The notes: generated by a model not told the origin, from the sequence alone. 64,000 nt of DNA from an uncultured virus (IMG/VR IMGVR_UViG_3300012665_000858) (IMGVR_UViG_3300012665_000858), one strand, 5' to 3'; positions 47,789 to 56,505 are shown, counted from the stretch's first letter. Numbers and translations are program-made.

Positions 47789-50223
47789 TATGCGCCGCCT
47801 CTTGGTCTTCCTGGAATTGGTATTCCTGTATTAGTATATTCAACTTGATTTTCTCTAGAACCTTTAGATACAGAATCTATAGATTTTTTAGATGCTTCTC
47901 CTGGTCGCTGTGTTAAGGATTTACCCTCGTCAGTGTTTGGCGGTAGTATATTTTCGCCTTTGTAACCTGTGTTATATACACCCGTTTTACCCGTCTTAGG
48001 ATCAGTCCAAGAAAATCTTCCGCCACTATTGCCTGCACTACTTCTTGCAGATGCAAATGCCTGGGAGAATGTTTGTTGTTTAGGCGCTTCTGGTTTTGAC
48101 GATGCTTGTTCGGCCACAGGAACTGCTTGTTCTTTAGACTGTTGTTTAGTGTCTGTTTTCTCTTCTTTAACAGGATCTTGAATTGGACGTCTTATTGCCT
48201 TTAGTGTCTGTGTAAATTTGCCGCCTTTAAACATATTAGTCACTTCTTGAACGTTATATAATCCGCTAAACCCTGCATTTTGTACACCAGACATAAAGTC
48301 CATTTGTCCTGTGACACTATTATAATCCGTTGGAGTTCTAAAGTTAACTATCACGTCTACTTCGCCGCTTTGATAATTCATCGAACCGTTTTCATTTTGA
48401 TTAAAGTTTATAGGAACATCACTAAAGTTACCCATACCGCTATCAGCAATATAATATGGATCACCAATTATTTCAATTTCTGCTGTCATTAAATCTGCTT
48501 GACTGTTTAATAATGATTCGTAAAAGTTTTTAGCAACTAGACTACGATAATCATCGTTTGGACCGCCGCCTGAATTTTTATAGCGACGATGTAGTTCTCC
48601 TACTGGTACAGTAGGTGCGCCCTTTTCTACAGAATTTTTGTTTGACTCGTCATTGGTAGGTTGGCCAGCAGTGCCAACACCTTGTCCGTTTATCTGCGGA
48701 TACACAGATCCAGCCAATGCGTTTTTATCTGCATAAGCAGTGGTAAACATACCTGCTTTCAATTGAATGTTAAAATTAATAATATCTACGTTTTTGCCTG
48801 TGTAGATATAGTTATAGGCTTTAACAGCATTTTTCTTTAGTTCATCATAGCCCTGTGGCTGTGCGCCAGGTGGTTTAAATCTGTGCTCGTGAACTGAATA
48901 TTCAACAATTTTAAAAACATAGAGTTTAGGAATTTTTGCTCTGTTATTATTACCAGGTTGCGGCTTTAAATTGAACACTTGTGTTTCTATTCTAAACCAC
49001 TTCTTTAATCCCATTTTGTCCGAAGGAGCAGATACACTTTTTTTACAAAACTCACTCATTAATAATACTTCTGTAATAGCATTAATGATTGTTGTACCTT
49101 GTGCAAATTTAAAAACTTTATCCTTAGGATCGTATACGTTGTCTTTTCTCGAGTTAGGTTTGTCTGGATCTTTTTGTATTTGATCCTTAGGTTTTAACTG
49201 CGAGTCGCCACCGGTATCTAAGTCAAATCCCATCTTGGCTTTACCTATTTCATTTAACGATTCGGTGTTCTGTACCAGCATTTTAATAGATGCGGCAGAT
49301 CCTCCTACGGAAGAACTAGTCTTGTTTAATGTTAATTTTTCTTGTACTTTTTTATCGCCGGCTGCTGTTGATGGATTAACTGTGGCTTTCTGTCCAGCGT
49401 CGTCTTGTATATTTGTAGTCGATATTTGCGCACCATCTTTAGGAAAAATAATAACAATCTCGTCAGGCACATATTCTTCTTTTCCGGTTTCACTACCTTG
49501 CTTGGCCATTTCTTTACTGCGCTCGTTGACCCATCGTTGCAAACTATTGGTTCCCGATTGTAAAATTTCTTGTACAGTTGTACCGCTAATTTTCATATCA
49601 GTTTTTAGAGTATTAACTTGATCTGCTAGTGCAGACTCGTTATACGGTACCGCTGTACATTTATAACGACAGCCAGAGGCTGAAATATCCATTTCAATTT
49701 GCCCCCAGGTAAACGGAATATGTCTGTTTAATACATCGTCTACTGGAACAATATTACCTGCACTGTCATACCCGATAAACTCTATGGTCATAAGAAATGG
49801 CATTTCTGTGTAGTTGACCATCATACCTTGGTCCGACTGTGCGGCTGCGGCTAACTGTAATGTTTGTAAAAACATTCCCAGAGAATAAGGTTCAAAGATT
49901 TCAAAACTGATGTTTGTCGAGTTAGTGCCTTTTGTACGTTTATCATAAGTCATTAAACTACCAATTTCTATATTATCAATGTAGAAATCAAACTTCCCTG
50001 AAGGATTTGCCACTGATGTATACGCGGTCATTACTCTGTTATCGGGCTTGCCTCCACCGCTTCTTAATATGATTTGTCCCAGTTGATTATTTTTGTAACT
50101 AGTAGACGATTCAGGAAAATTAATTTGATCGCTGGTCAGCGCACTAATTGTAAAAATACTAGTGTAAGATGCAAACTTTTCTAATACGTTGGGTTTGATA
50201 CCAATGCTGTCTAATAACGGCAT
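47788..50223 (-). CDS. Baseplate hub protein (gp27/late-D-like)
   Basis: Lies between gp53-like and gp5-like genes; EIIGDPY and FSGLYNVQEV.N.F..GKFTQTL hub-type motifs. Confidence 0.6.
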   Translation of the reverse strand: MPLLDSIGIKPNVLEKFASYTSIFTISALTSDQINFPESSTSYKNNQLGQIILRSGGGKPDNRVMTAYTSVANPSGKFDFYIDNIEIGSLMTYDKRTKGTNSTNISFEIFEPYSLGMFLQTLQLAAAAQSDQGMMVNYTEMPFLMTIEFIGYDSAGNIVPVDDVLNRHIPFTWGQIEMDISASGCRYKCTAVPYNESALADQVNTLKTDMKISGTTVQEILQSGTNSLQRWVNERSKEMAKQGSETGKEEYVPDEIVIIFPKDGAQISTTNIQDDAGQKATVNPSTAAGDKKVQEKLTLNKTSSSVGGSAASIKMLVQNTESLNEIGKAKMGFDLDTGGDSQLKPKDQIQKDPDKPNSRKDNVYDPKDKVFKFAQGTTIINAITEVLLMSEFCKKSVSAPSDKMGLKKWFRIETQVFNLKPQPGNNNRAKIPKLYVFKIVEYSVHEHRFKPPGAQPQGYDELKKNAVKAYNYIYTGKNVDIINFNIQLKAGMFTTAYADKNALAGSVYPQINGQGVGTAGQPTNDESNKNSVEKGAPTVPVGELHRRYKNSGGGPNDDYRSLVAKNFYESLLNSQADLMTAEIEIIGDPYYIADSGMGNFSDVPINFNQNENGSMNYQSGEVDVIVNFRTPTDYNSVTGQMDFMSGVQNAGFSGLYNVQEVTNMFKGGKFTQTLKAIRRPIQDPVKEEKTDTKQQSKEQAVPVAEQASSKPEAPKQQTFSQAFASARSSAGNSGGRFSWTDPKTGKTGVYNTGYKGENILPPNTDEGKSLTQRPGEASKKSIDSVSKGSRENQVEYTNTGIPIPGRPRGGA

Positions 50224-50224
50224 A

Positions 50225-50524
50225 TTATAATCCTAACACATCGAATAAACTAGATTTTTTAGGAATGTAAATTTTTACTCCAGATCTAAAATCGAACAAC
50301 GGATCTTGTAATATGTCCATGTTACGTTGCATAAACACCCACCATAGTTTTGTAGATCCGTATAAGTCATAAGCCAGCAAGTCGGGTCTATGATTGTACT
50401 GTGGCTCGATTGTATATACCCAGTCGTCTGGTTCTGCGCTCACCGGTCTGACATTAATTGGTGCTAGAAATCCTGGTAGTTCTTGTGTTTTAAACCACGG
50501 GCTTTTGTTGTTATAAGTTGCCAT
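50225..50524 (-). CDS. Baseplate wedge LysM-like protein (T4 gp53-like)
   Basis: RPDLLAYDLYGSTKLWWVF..RN. Confidence 0.8.
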   Translation of the reverse strand: MATYNNKSPWFKTQELPGFLAPINVRPVSAEPDDWVYTIEPQYNHRPDLLAYDLYGSTKLWWVFMQRNMDILQDPLFDFRSGVKIYIPKKSSLFDVLGL

Positions 50525-51411
50525 TAAATGAATCCTGATTTGCTGTTGCCAGAGCCAAGCACATAATCGCCTTTGATAAATTTATCAAGACTGAAGTTAC
50601 GAACTTGTTCTCTACTATACAATGGCTGTACTGTTACTGTTATAGTGCTTTTAACTGGTGCCCATGCAACACCCTGACCTACGCTAGATCCTGGCAAACT
50701 AATTCCCACTAAGGATGCGGCTTTTGAAACTATTCCTGCCGCAGGTGCGCCTGCTGATAATCCAGTAGAAATGTAATCGCAATCATTGGGCATTTCAATT
50801 GAGAAGTTAGTTACTACCACTGGCACATCTTTAAAAACATAATCCCCGTAGCCGTTTAATTTTACTACAGGGGGCGGAGCACCTGCATTTGTATCTGAGC
50901 CAAATGCCATCTTTGTTACAGATTTTAAGTAATGTACTGCCGCTATCCAGTATGCGGCTTCCACAGAATCTTCACAGAAAAATTGTCCTGTGATAGTCAT
51001 TGCATCAACTTTACTGTTTTCATAGGACAGGAAAGGATAATTATTGTGTACAGGCGTCATTGGCTGATATGTGGCCGTATGTTGCATCTGTATAGAAGGC
51101 GTAAAAGGAAACACAAATCCGTTGGTTTCTGCTAAAGGTCGCATAATAGAACTAGATTTGTATGCAGGGTTAGTTGGTAAACTTAATCGCACTCGCCAAT
51201 CTCTGCTTGCAGACGAGCTAAAAATTGCGGATGCCGGATTACTAGACTTGCCCGTTTCACCGCCTGGCAGTAAATTTACACTACGCAGTGCCGCACCAAA
51301 ACCTTCTGTTTTTAATGTGTTTACAGTATTTCCGATAGTGCCCAACGTACCGGCTACAGAGCCGGCAATTGATCTAGCACCGCTGACAAAATTGTTTAAA
51401 TCTACTGGCAT
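50524..51411 (-). CDS. Tail tube initiator / baseplate protein (gp48/gp54-like)
   Basis: FPFTPSI, GAPPPVVKLNGYG..VFKDVPVVVTNF; first gene of the baseplate operon. Confidence 0.6.
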   Translation of the reverse strand: MPVDLNNFVSGARSIAGSVAGTLGTIGNTVNTLKTEGFGAALRSVNLLPGGETGKSSNPASAIFSSSASRDWRVRLSLPTNPAYKSSSIMRPLAETNGFVFPFTPSIQMQHTATYQPMTPVHNNYPFLSYENSKVDAMTITGQFFCEDSVEAAYWIAAVHYLKSVTKMAFGSDTNAGAPPPVVKLNGYGDYVFKDVPVVVTNFSIEMPNDCDYISTGLSAGAPAAGIVSKAASLVGISLPGSSVGQGVAWAPVKSTITVTVQPLYSREQVRNFSLDKFIKGDYVLGSGNSKSGFI

Positions 51412-51433
51412 ATTTGGTTATCCTCGTTACACA

Positions 51434-51468
51434 TATTTATTGACTTTATTAAGTGCAGAGTTTATAAT
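51434..51468. promoter_or_regulatory. Back-to-back late (-) and sigma70 (+) promoters
   Basis: TATTTA 51434-51439 (TAAATA on -) abuts TTGACT 51440-51445, 17 nt, TATAAT 51463-51468. Confidence 0.7.
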
Positions 51469-51492
51469 TTAAGTTGAGGAGTCACAATTATA

Positions 51493-52323
51493 ATGAAAAA
51501 AGTAAACTACCTGAATAACAAAGATTTGTTATCCGAGATACACAAAAGCAAGAACACATACTGTAGTTTTGTTAAGCCCGAATATCATCAATACGACTTA
51601 ATATTACCAAGTTTAGAAAAAGTTAACATCAGAACTATCGCAGAAGCAAAGCGGGTCAAAGCAAAAAGACTACAGCAACAAGCATTTGAAAAAGCAAAGG
51701 CTGAAAATCCCAAAGTAAAAGTTGCAGAATTTGAAATAGATTACAAAAAGATTGAAAAATTAGACTTAGTTTTTCGGATTATGACTTATGATCACGTGCC
51801 TTTAGAACCAGGTCGTAAACGTACACCAAAGAGCCAAGCAGATCATAGAGAAAAAGTTAACTTTCCAGCATTTCAGCATTGGAAGTTTGACGACACTGAT
51901 GAACTAATCTGCGTGGGCAAGAGTCATTGGAAGGGCGGAATGCTCAAAGGAAAGTTTTGTAAAGACCATGGACAAATTACAGATACCTTAGCCCGCATGT
52001 ATATTAAGCTCTGCGAGCGATATGCTACCAGAGGCAACGTTAGAGGGTATACCTATAACGACGAAATGAAGGGACAGGCTATCCTTCAACTTACACAAAT
52101 TGGACTACAATTCGATGAATCAAAAAGTGATAATCCTTTCGCATATTTTACCGCCGCGGTTACAAACTCGTTCGTCCGTGTCATCAATATCGAAAAGAAA
52201 ATGCAAAATATCCGAGACGACATTTTACAAGAGAACGGCATGAACCCAAGTTACACTCGTATGATTAACCAAGAATACGATAACGCACTAAAACGAGAGA
52301 ATCCACCGGTGGCCACTGATTGA
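51493..52323 (+). CDS. Late-transcription sigma factor (T4 gp55-like)
   Basis: NYLNNKDLL, N.RGYTYNDEM, FDESKSDNPFAYFT; upstream of gp47/gp46 as in T4-like genomes. Confidence 0.88.
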   Translation: MKKVNYLNNKDLLSEIHKSKNTYCSFVKPEYHQYDLILPSLEKVNIRTIAEAKRVKAKRLQQQAFEKAKAENPKVKVAEFEIDYKKIEKLDLVFRIMTYDHVPLEPGRKRTPKSQADHREKVNFPAFQHWKFDDTDELICVGKSHWKGGMLKGKFCKDHGQITDTLARMYIKLCERYATRGNVRGYTYNDEMKGQAILQLTQIGLQFDESKSDNPFAYFTAAVTNSFVRVINIEKKMQNIRDDILQENGMNPSYTRMINQEYDNALKRENPPVATD

Positions 52324-52349
52324 CAGTGCCGTTGTTTTTCTGCTATAAT
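52320..52349 (+). promoter_or_regulatory. sigma70-type promoter (extended -10)
   Basis: TTGACA 52320-52325, 18 nt, TGc-TATAAT 52341-52349. Confidence 0.75.
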
Positions 52350-52366
52350 AACCAAAAAGGATTATA

Positions 52367-53371
52367 ATGTTTAAAAAGGTTGCGTGTTTTACAGACATAC
52401 ACTTTGGATTGAAATCAAATTCAGCAACACATAATCAGGACTGCGAAGATTTTGTAGACTGGTATATTGCTGAGGCTAAAAAAGAAGGCTGTGATACAGG
52501 CATCTTCCTCGGAGATTGGCATCACAATCGTAATAGTCTTAATATGCTTACTATGCACAGTTCAATTCGCTGTCTAGAAAAGTTAGGTAAGGCATTTGAT
52601 CAATTTTATTTCTTTCCAGGCAATCACGATTTGTATTATAAAGACAAGCGTGATGTGCATTCTGTTGACTGGGGACGACATATCCCAGGAGTAACCGTTG
52701 TCAGTGATATTACAACTATCGATGATGTTACATTAGTTCCTTGGTTGGTAGGCGACGAGTGGAAGAAGATGGAAAAGTTGAAAAGTCGCTATATCTTTGG
52801 ACATTTTGAGTTACCGTTGTTTCAAATGAATGCTATGGTAACTATGCCGGATCACGGCGAGTTGCAAGCACATCATTTTAAAAATCCTGAATATGTATTC
52901 AGCGGACATTTCCACAAACGTCAAGCCAAAGAAAACATTGTCTATATCGGCAATTCGTTTCCGCACAACTATGCGGATGCGTGGGACGACGATAGAGGCA
53001 TGATGATTTTAGAACACGGTAAAGCGCCTGTGTATAAAGTGTGGGACGATGCTCCTAAGTTTAAAACTGTAAAATTAAGTCGTTTAATAGACGAATCTGA
53101 AACATTAATTCTACCTAAAACCTACTTACGTGTTGGTATAGATATTGATATTAGTTTTGAAGAAGCCAGTTTTATTAAAGAAACGTTTATGGGGCAGGAA
53201 AATATTAGAGAACTTACGCTAATTCCTGAAAAGAAAGATGTCGAGATTAACACTGACTTGGATGTTCAACAATTTGAAAGTGTGGATCAAATTGTCAGCA
53301 ATCAGATAGCCAGTATTCAAAGTGACACGTACGATCCTAAAGTACTACTTGCGATTTATAATAACTTATGA
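52367..53371 (+). CDS. Recombination nuclease subunit (T4 gp47 / Mre11 / SbcD-like)
   Basis: FTDIHFG, LGDWHH, GNHD, GHFE, SGHFHKR phosphoesterase motifs. Confidence 0.93.
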   Translation: MFKKVACFTDIHFGLKSNSATHNQDCEDFVDWYIAEAKKEGCDTGIFLGDWHHNRNSLNMLTMHSSIRCLEKLGKAFDQFYFFPGNHDLYYKDKRDVHSVDWGRHIPGVTVVSDITTIDDVTLVPWLVGDEWKKMEKLKSRYIFGHFELPLFQMNAMVTMPDHGELQAHHFKNPEYVFSGHFHKRQAKENIVYIGNSFPHNYADAWDDDRGMMILEHGKAPVYKVWDDAPKFKTVKLSRLIDESETLILPKTYLRVGIDIDISFEEASFIKETFMGQENIRELTLIPEKKDVEINTDLDVQQFESVDQIVSNQIASIQSDTYDPKVLLAIYNNL

Positions 53372-55149
53372 TGAGAATAAAAGATTTAACAGTACGTAAT
53401 TTTATGAGTGTGGGTAATGCTACCCAGGCTGTGGACTTCTGCAAGGAACAACTCACCCTTGTGCTAGGCGAAAACTTAGATCAAGGCGGAGACGACAGCG
53501 GCAGTCGTAACGGCACGGGTAAAACTACCATTGTCAATGCGTTAAGTTACGGGCTTTACGGTACAGCACTTACTAACATTAAAAAAGATAATCTTATTAA
53601 TAAGATTAATTCTAAAAATATGTTAGTCACTGTGGAGTTTGAAAAAGACGGTCGGTTATATAGAATCGAACGCGGACGTAAACCTAATGTTTTAAAATTC
53701 TATGTTGACGATCAAGTACAAGAAGATGCAGACGTAGACGACGAAGGTCAGGGCGACAGCAGAGAAACACAGAAAGACATCGACGAATTGTTAGGAATGA
53801 GTCACGATATGTTTAAGCATATTGTTGCATTAAACACGTATACAGAACCGTTCTTATCGATGAAGGCCAACGAGCAACGTGTAATCATTGAGCAACTGCT
53901 AGGTATTACTCTGCTGTCTGAAAAAGCAGAAAATCTTAAAGAACAAGTGCGGGTTACCAAAGACGAAGTAGTACAAGAAAGTGCAAGGATTGATGCTGTC
54001 AAAAAGAGTAACGATAAGATACAAGAAAGTATTGACAGTTTAAAACTGAAACAAACTGCTTGGCAACGTTCTAAAGACTCTGATATTAGTAAAATTCAAA
54101 AAGCCATAGATGAACTTGCAGGTGTAGACATTGATGCAGAAATTGCACAACACGACAAACTAAAAGTCTACGATGAATTGGCGGCTAAGATTAAAAGTCT
54201 TAACAAAGAAAAGGCCACATTAGAAACTGCGGTAATGCAGGCAGATAAAACTGTTAAAAAATATCAAAAAGAAGTATCACAGTTAGAGCATAATAAGTGT
54301 CCTGCTTGTGAACAGGATCTGCACGACCATAAACACGAAGAAATGATTAAAGCGGCAGAAAAAAACTTGGCCGATGCAGATACATACTTGTCCAAAGTAG
54401 CAGGAGACCTTGAGTTAATTTTAACTGAACTCGAGGGCATTGGCGATATTAATGGCCGTCCGAACACTTTCTACGATACACTAAATGAAGCCTATAACCA
54501 TAGAAGCAATTTAGATAGTCTTGCTGTACAATTAAAAAACAAACAAGATGAACGAGATACCTACCAAGAGCAGATTATTGAATTAGAACATACTGCACTT
54601 CAAGACGTGTCTTGGGATTCTGTTAACAGTTTAAATTTGATGAAAGAACATCAAGAGTTCTTGTTAAAACTGTTAACATCAAAAGATTCGTTTATTCGTA
54701 AGAAGATCATTGATCAGAATCTTGCTTACTTGAATAACCGTCTCACTTATTACCTTGATAAGGTGGGTCTACCTCACACCGTTGTATTCCAAAATGACCT
54801 GACGGTAGAAATAACCCAACTCGGACAAGATCTCGATTTCGATAACTTGAGCCGGGGAGAAAGGAATCGATTAATCTTAGGATTGTCGTGGGCGTTCCGT
54901 GATGTTTGGGAGTCATTATATCAAAACATCAATCTCTTATTCATTGATGAACTTATTGACAGCGGCATGGATGCTAATGGCGTTGAAAATTCTCTGGGCG
55001 TACTTAAAAAGATGGGCAGAGAACGCAATAAGAACATCTATCTAATCTCTCATAGGGATGAATTAGTGGGTCGAGTGAACAACGTGCTCAAGGTAATAAA
55101 AGAAAACGGGTTCACTAGTTACGCCAACGACATAGATATCTATGACTGA
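53368..55149 (+). CDS. Recombination ATPase subunit (T4 gp46 / Rad50 / SbcC-like)
   Basis: NGTGKTT Walker A, CPAC zinc hook within coiled coil, LSRGE signature, FIDE Walker B, ISH. Confidence 0.93.
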   Translation: MMRIKDLTVRNFMSVGNATQAVDFCKEQLTLVLGENLDQGGDDSGSRNGTGKTTIVNALSYGLYGTALTNIKKDNLINKINSKNMLVTVEFEKDGRLYRIERGRKPNVLKFYVDDQVQEDADVDDEGQGDSRETQKDIDELLGMSHDMFKHIVALNTYTEPFLSMKANEQRVIIEQLLGITLLSEKAENLKEQVRVTKDEVVQESARIDAVKKSNDKIQESIDSLKLKQTAWQRSKDSDISKIQKAIDELAGVDIDAEIAQHDKLKVYDELAAKIKSLNKEKATLETAVMQADKTVKKYQKEVSQLEHNKCPACEQDLHDHKHEEMIKAAEKNLADADTYLSKVAGDLELILTELEGIGDINGRPNTFYDTLNEAYNHRSNLDSLAVQLKNKQDERDTYQEQIIELEHTALQDVSWDSVNSLNLMKEHQEFLLKLLTSKDSFIRKKIIDQNLAYLNNRLTYYLDKVGLPHTVVFQNDLTVEITQLGQDLDFDNLSRGERNRLILGLSWAFRDVWESLYQNINLLFIDELIDSGMDANGVENSLGVLKKMGRERNKNIYLISHRDELVGRVNNVLKVIKENGFTSYANDIDIYD

Positions 55150-55369
55150 CGACATAAAAGACGATACACATGATATGCTGGTTAAAGCATTCATAGAGTA
55201 TTCACGCTGGAACGAACGTTTCGAACGTTACGGGTATCACGGTTCCAGTGTACAGGCTCGCGAGTTCCTACGAAACATAAGGGAACTATGCACAAAAAGG
55301 CGCATAGAAATACAGGCACAACGACAATTAAACAAAAAAGCCAGGACGGAAGGCAGTGACGACGAGTAA
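55142..55369 (+). CDS. Hypothetical protein
   Basis: 75-aa helical ORF overlapping the gp46 stop. Confidence 0.6.
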   Translation: MTDDIKDDTHDMLVKAFIEYSRWNERFERYGYHGSSVQAREFLRNIRELCTKRRIEIQAQRQLNKKARTEGSDDE

Positions 55370-55384
55370 CTGGTATATATGTGC

Positions 55385-55819
55385 ATGTCATGGCACTATC
55401 AAAATGTACTTGTCGAAACTCTTCCGGAAGATTGTATAGGTTTTGTTTATATCATCACTAATACACTTACGGGCAGAAAATACATAGGCAAGAAACTAGC
55501 CAAATTCTCTAAAACGACTACAAAAACAGTAAAGCTCAAAAACGGCACCAAGAAGAAAAAGAAGATTCGTAGTAAAATCGACAGCGACTGGCGAGAATAT
55601 TACGGTTCAAGTCCTGCTCTTCAAGCAGACATCGACACACTAGGCATAGAAAACTTCCACAGAGAAATACTTTATTACTGTAAAAGTAAAGCAGAATGTA
55701 GTTACATCGAGGCTAGAGAACAATTCACAAACAAAGTACTAGAATCCGACGACTGGTACAACGGACATATTCAAGTTCGTGTACACGGTTCACATATTAA
55801 AAAACTCTCCCAAGGCTGA
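55385..55819 (+). CDS. Small GIY-YIG (Seg-like) nuclease-fold protein with a highly basic insert
   Basis: GFVYIITN...KYIGKK, YYGSS, FHREIL, YIEAREQ, WYN. Confidence 0.75.
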   Translation: MSWHYQNVLVETLPEDCIGFVYIITNTLTGRKYIGKKLAKFSKTTTKTVKLKNGTKKKKKIRSKIDSDWREYYGSSPALQADIDTLGIENFHREILYYCKSKAECSYIEAREQFTNKVLESDDWYNGHIQVRVHGSHIKKLSQG

Positions 55820-55824
55820 TTAAA

Positions 55825-56161
55825 CGGTTACAGCTCGCGCAGGCCAACTTCATGCGCCCTAAACCTGGATCTCGGATCACAGGGATGGAATTCTCTTGCC
55901 GTTAAGAGTACTCAGCAACTATCCTTAACAGGACGAGGATCACTAACTGCCGTGGTTTTGCTGTTTTAAGAATAAAAGGCCCAAAGAGAGGAGAGACACC
56001 TCACGTAAGCAAGTATGATAGCGTATATTTGTTTGCCGCCGTTGTGATAAGACGGAGCTCGTGGTACCGGACAACCGCCACTGTAATGCTCTAACGCTGT
56101 GTGACATTGTGCAACTCAGATAATGTTTTTAACTTTGCCCTGTGCGGGCGAAGTGTGACTG
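55825..56161 (+). ncRNA. Putative large structured non-coding RNA (family unrecognised)
   Basis: ORF-free; at least 10 hand-identified helices, 5'/3' closing stem, about a dozen G-U pairs that only work on the + strand, candidate pseudoknot. Confidence 0.65.
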
Positions 56162-56181
56162 AACAATCTAGATAATATTTA

Positions 56182-56267
56182 AAGTGCTTCGCACTTAATA
56201 GTTCTTAATAATTAAAAAGAAAGAAATAGTTCGAGCGAAGCGATGAACAGATGAACGCAGTGAATCT
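56182..56267. other. GNA-triloop DNA hairpins flanking an AT-rich tract (candidate origin or ssDNA signal)
   Basis: AAGTGC-TTC-GCACTT (GCGAAGC on -), AT-rich 56197-56228, GTTC-GA-GC-GAA-GC-GA-t-GAAC and AGAT-GA-AC-GCA-GT-GA-ATCT on +. Confidence 0.5.
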
Positions 56268-56274
56268 TGAAGTA

Positions 56275-56505
56275 TTAGAAAAAAGGTAATCCTGATTTCT
56301 TAGTAGTTTCTAAATTCTCTTTGATAATGTTCGATATGATTTCACGATCTTCATAGGATAATGCAAATGCTTCATCTATGGTGATGCTACCTCTCATATA
56401 CCAGCACAATTTAAATAATTCGGTTTTAACAGACTTTGCTTCTTTATCTAGCCCCTCAACTACTCGTAGTGCCTCTTCGAGTGTTAGGCTGAAGAGCTTT
56501 ACACG
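56275..56505 (-). CDS. gp51-like segment, probably translated as a -1 frameshift extension of the gp26-like gene (absent from ORF track)
   Basis: Open -1 frame RVKLFSLTLEEALRVVEGLDKEAKSVKTELFKLCWYMRGSITIDEAFALSYEDREIISNIIKENLETTKKSGLPFF*; only ATG is internal (56397). Confidence 0.7.
   Translation of the reverse strand, partial: RVKLFSLTLEEALRVVEGLDKEAKSVKTELFKLCWYMRGSITIDEAFALSYEDREIISNIIKENLETTKKSGLPFF

Noticed and set aside
21593..51472. Numerous short + strand ORFs opposite the tail genes, and similar antisense ORFs elsewhere (e.g. 58649-59212, 62568-63128)
   Set aside because: Shadow frames of long genes with biased codon usage; no RBS or recognisable motifs
55825..56161. Group I intron, RNase P RNA, tmRNA or hammerhead as the identity of the structured region
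   Set aside because: It interrupts no gene; I could not find group I P7 elements, the RNase P GAGGAAAGUCC motif or tRNA-like tmRNA ends; AGGACGAG resembles a hammerhead arm but the CUGAUGA/GAAA core is absent
55385..56267. Retron or diversity-generating retroelement
   Set aside because: No reverse transcriptase ORF and no TR/VR repeat pair seen in this window; a trans-acting RT elsewhere in the genome cannot be excluded
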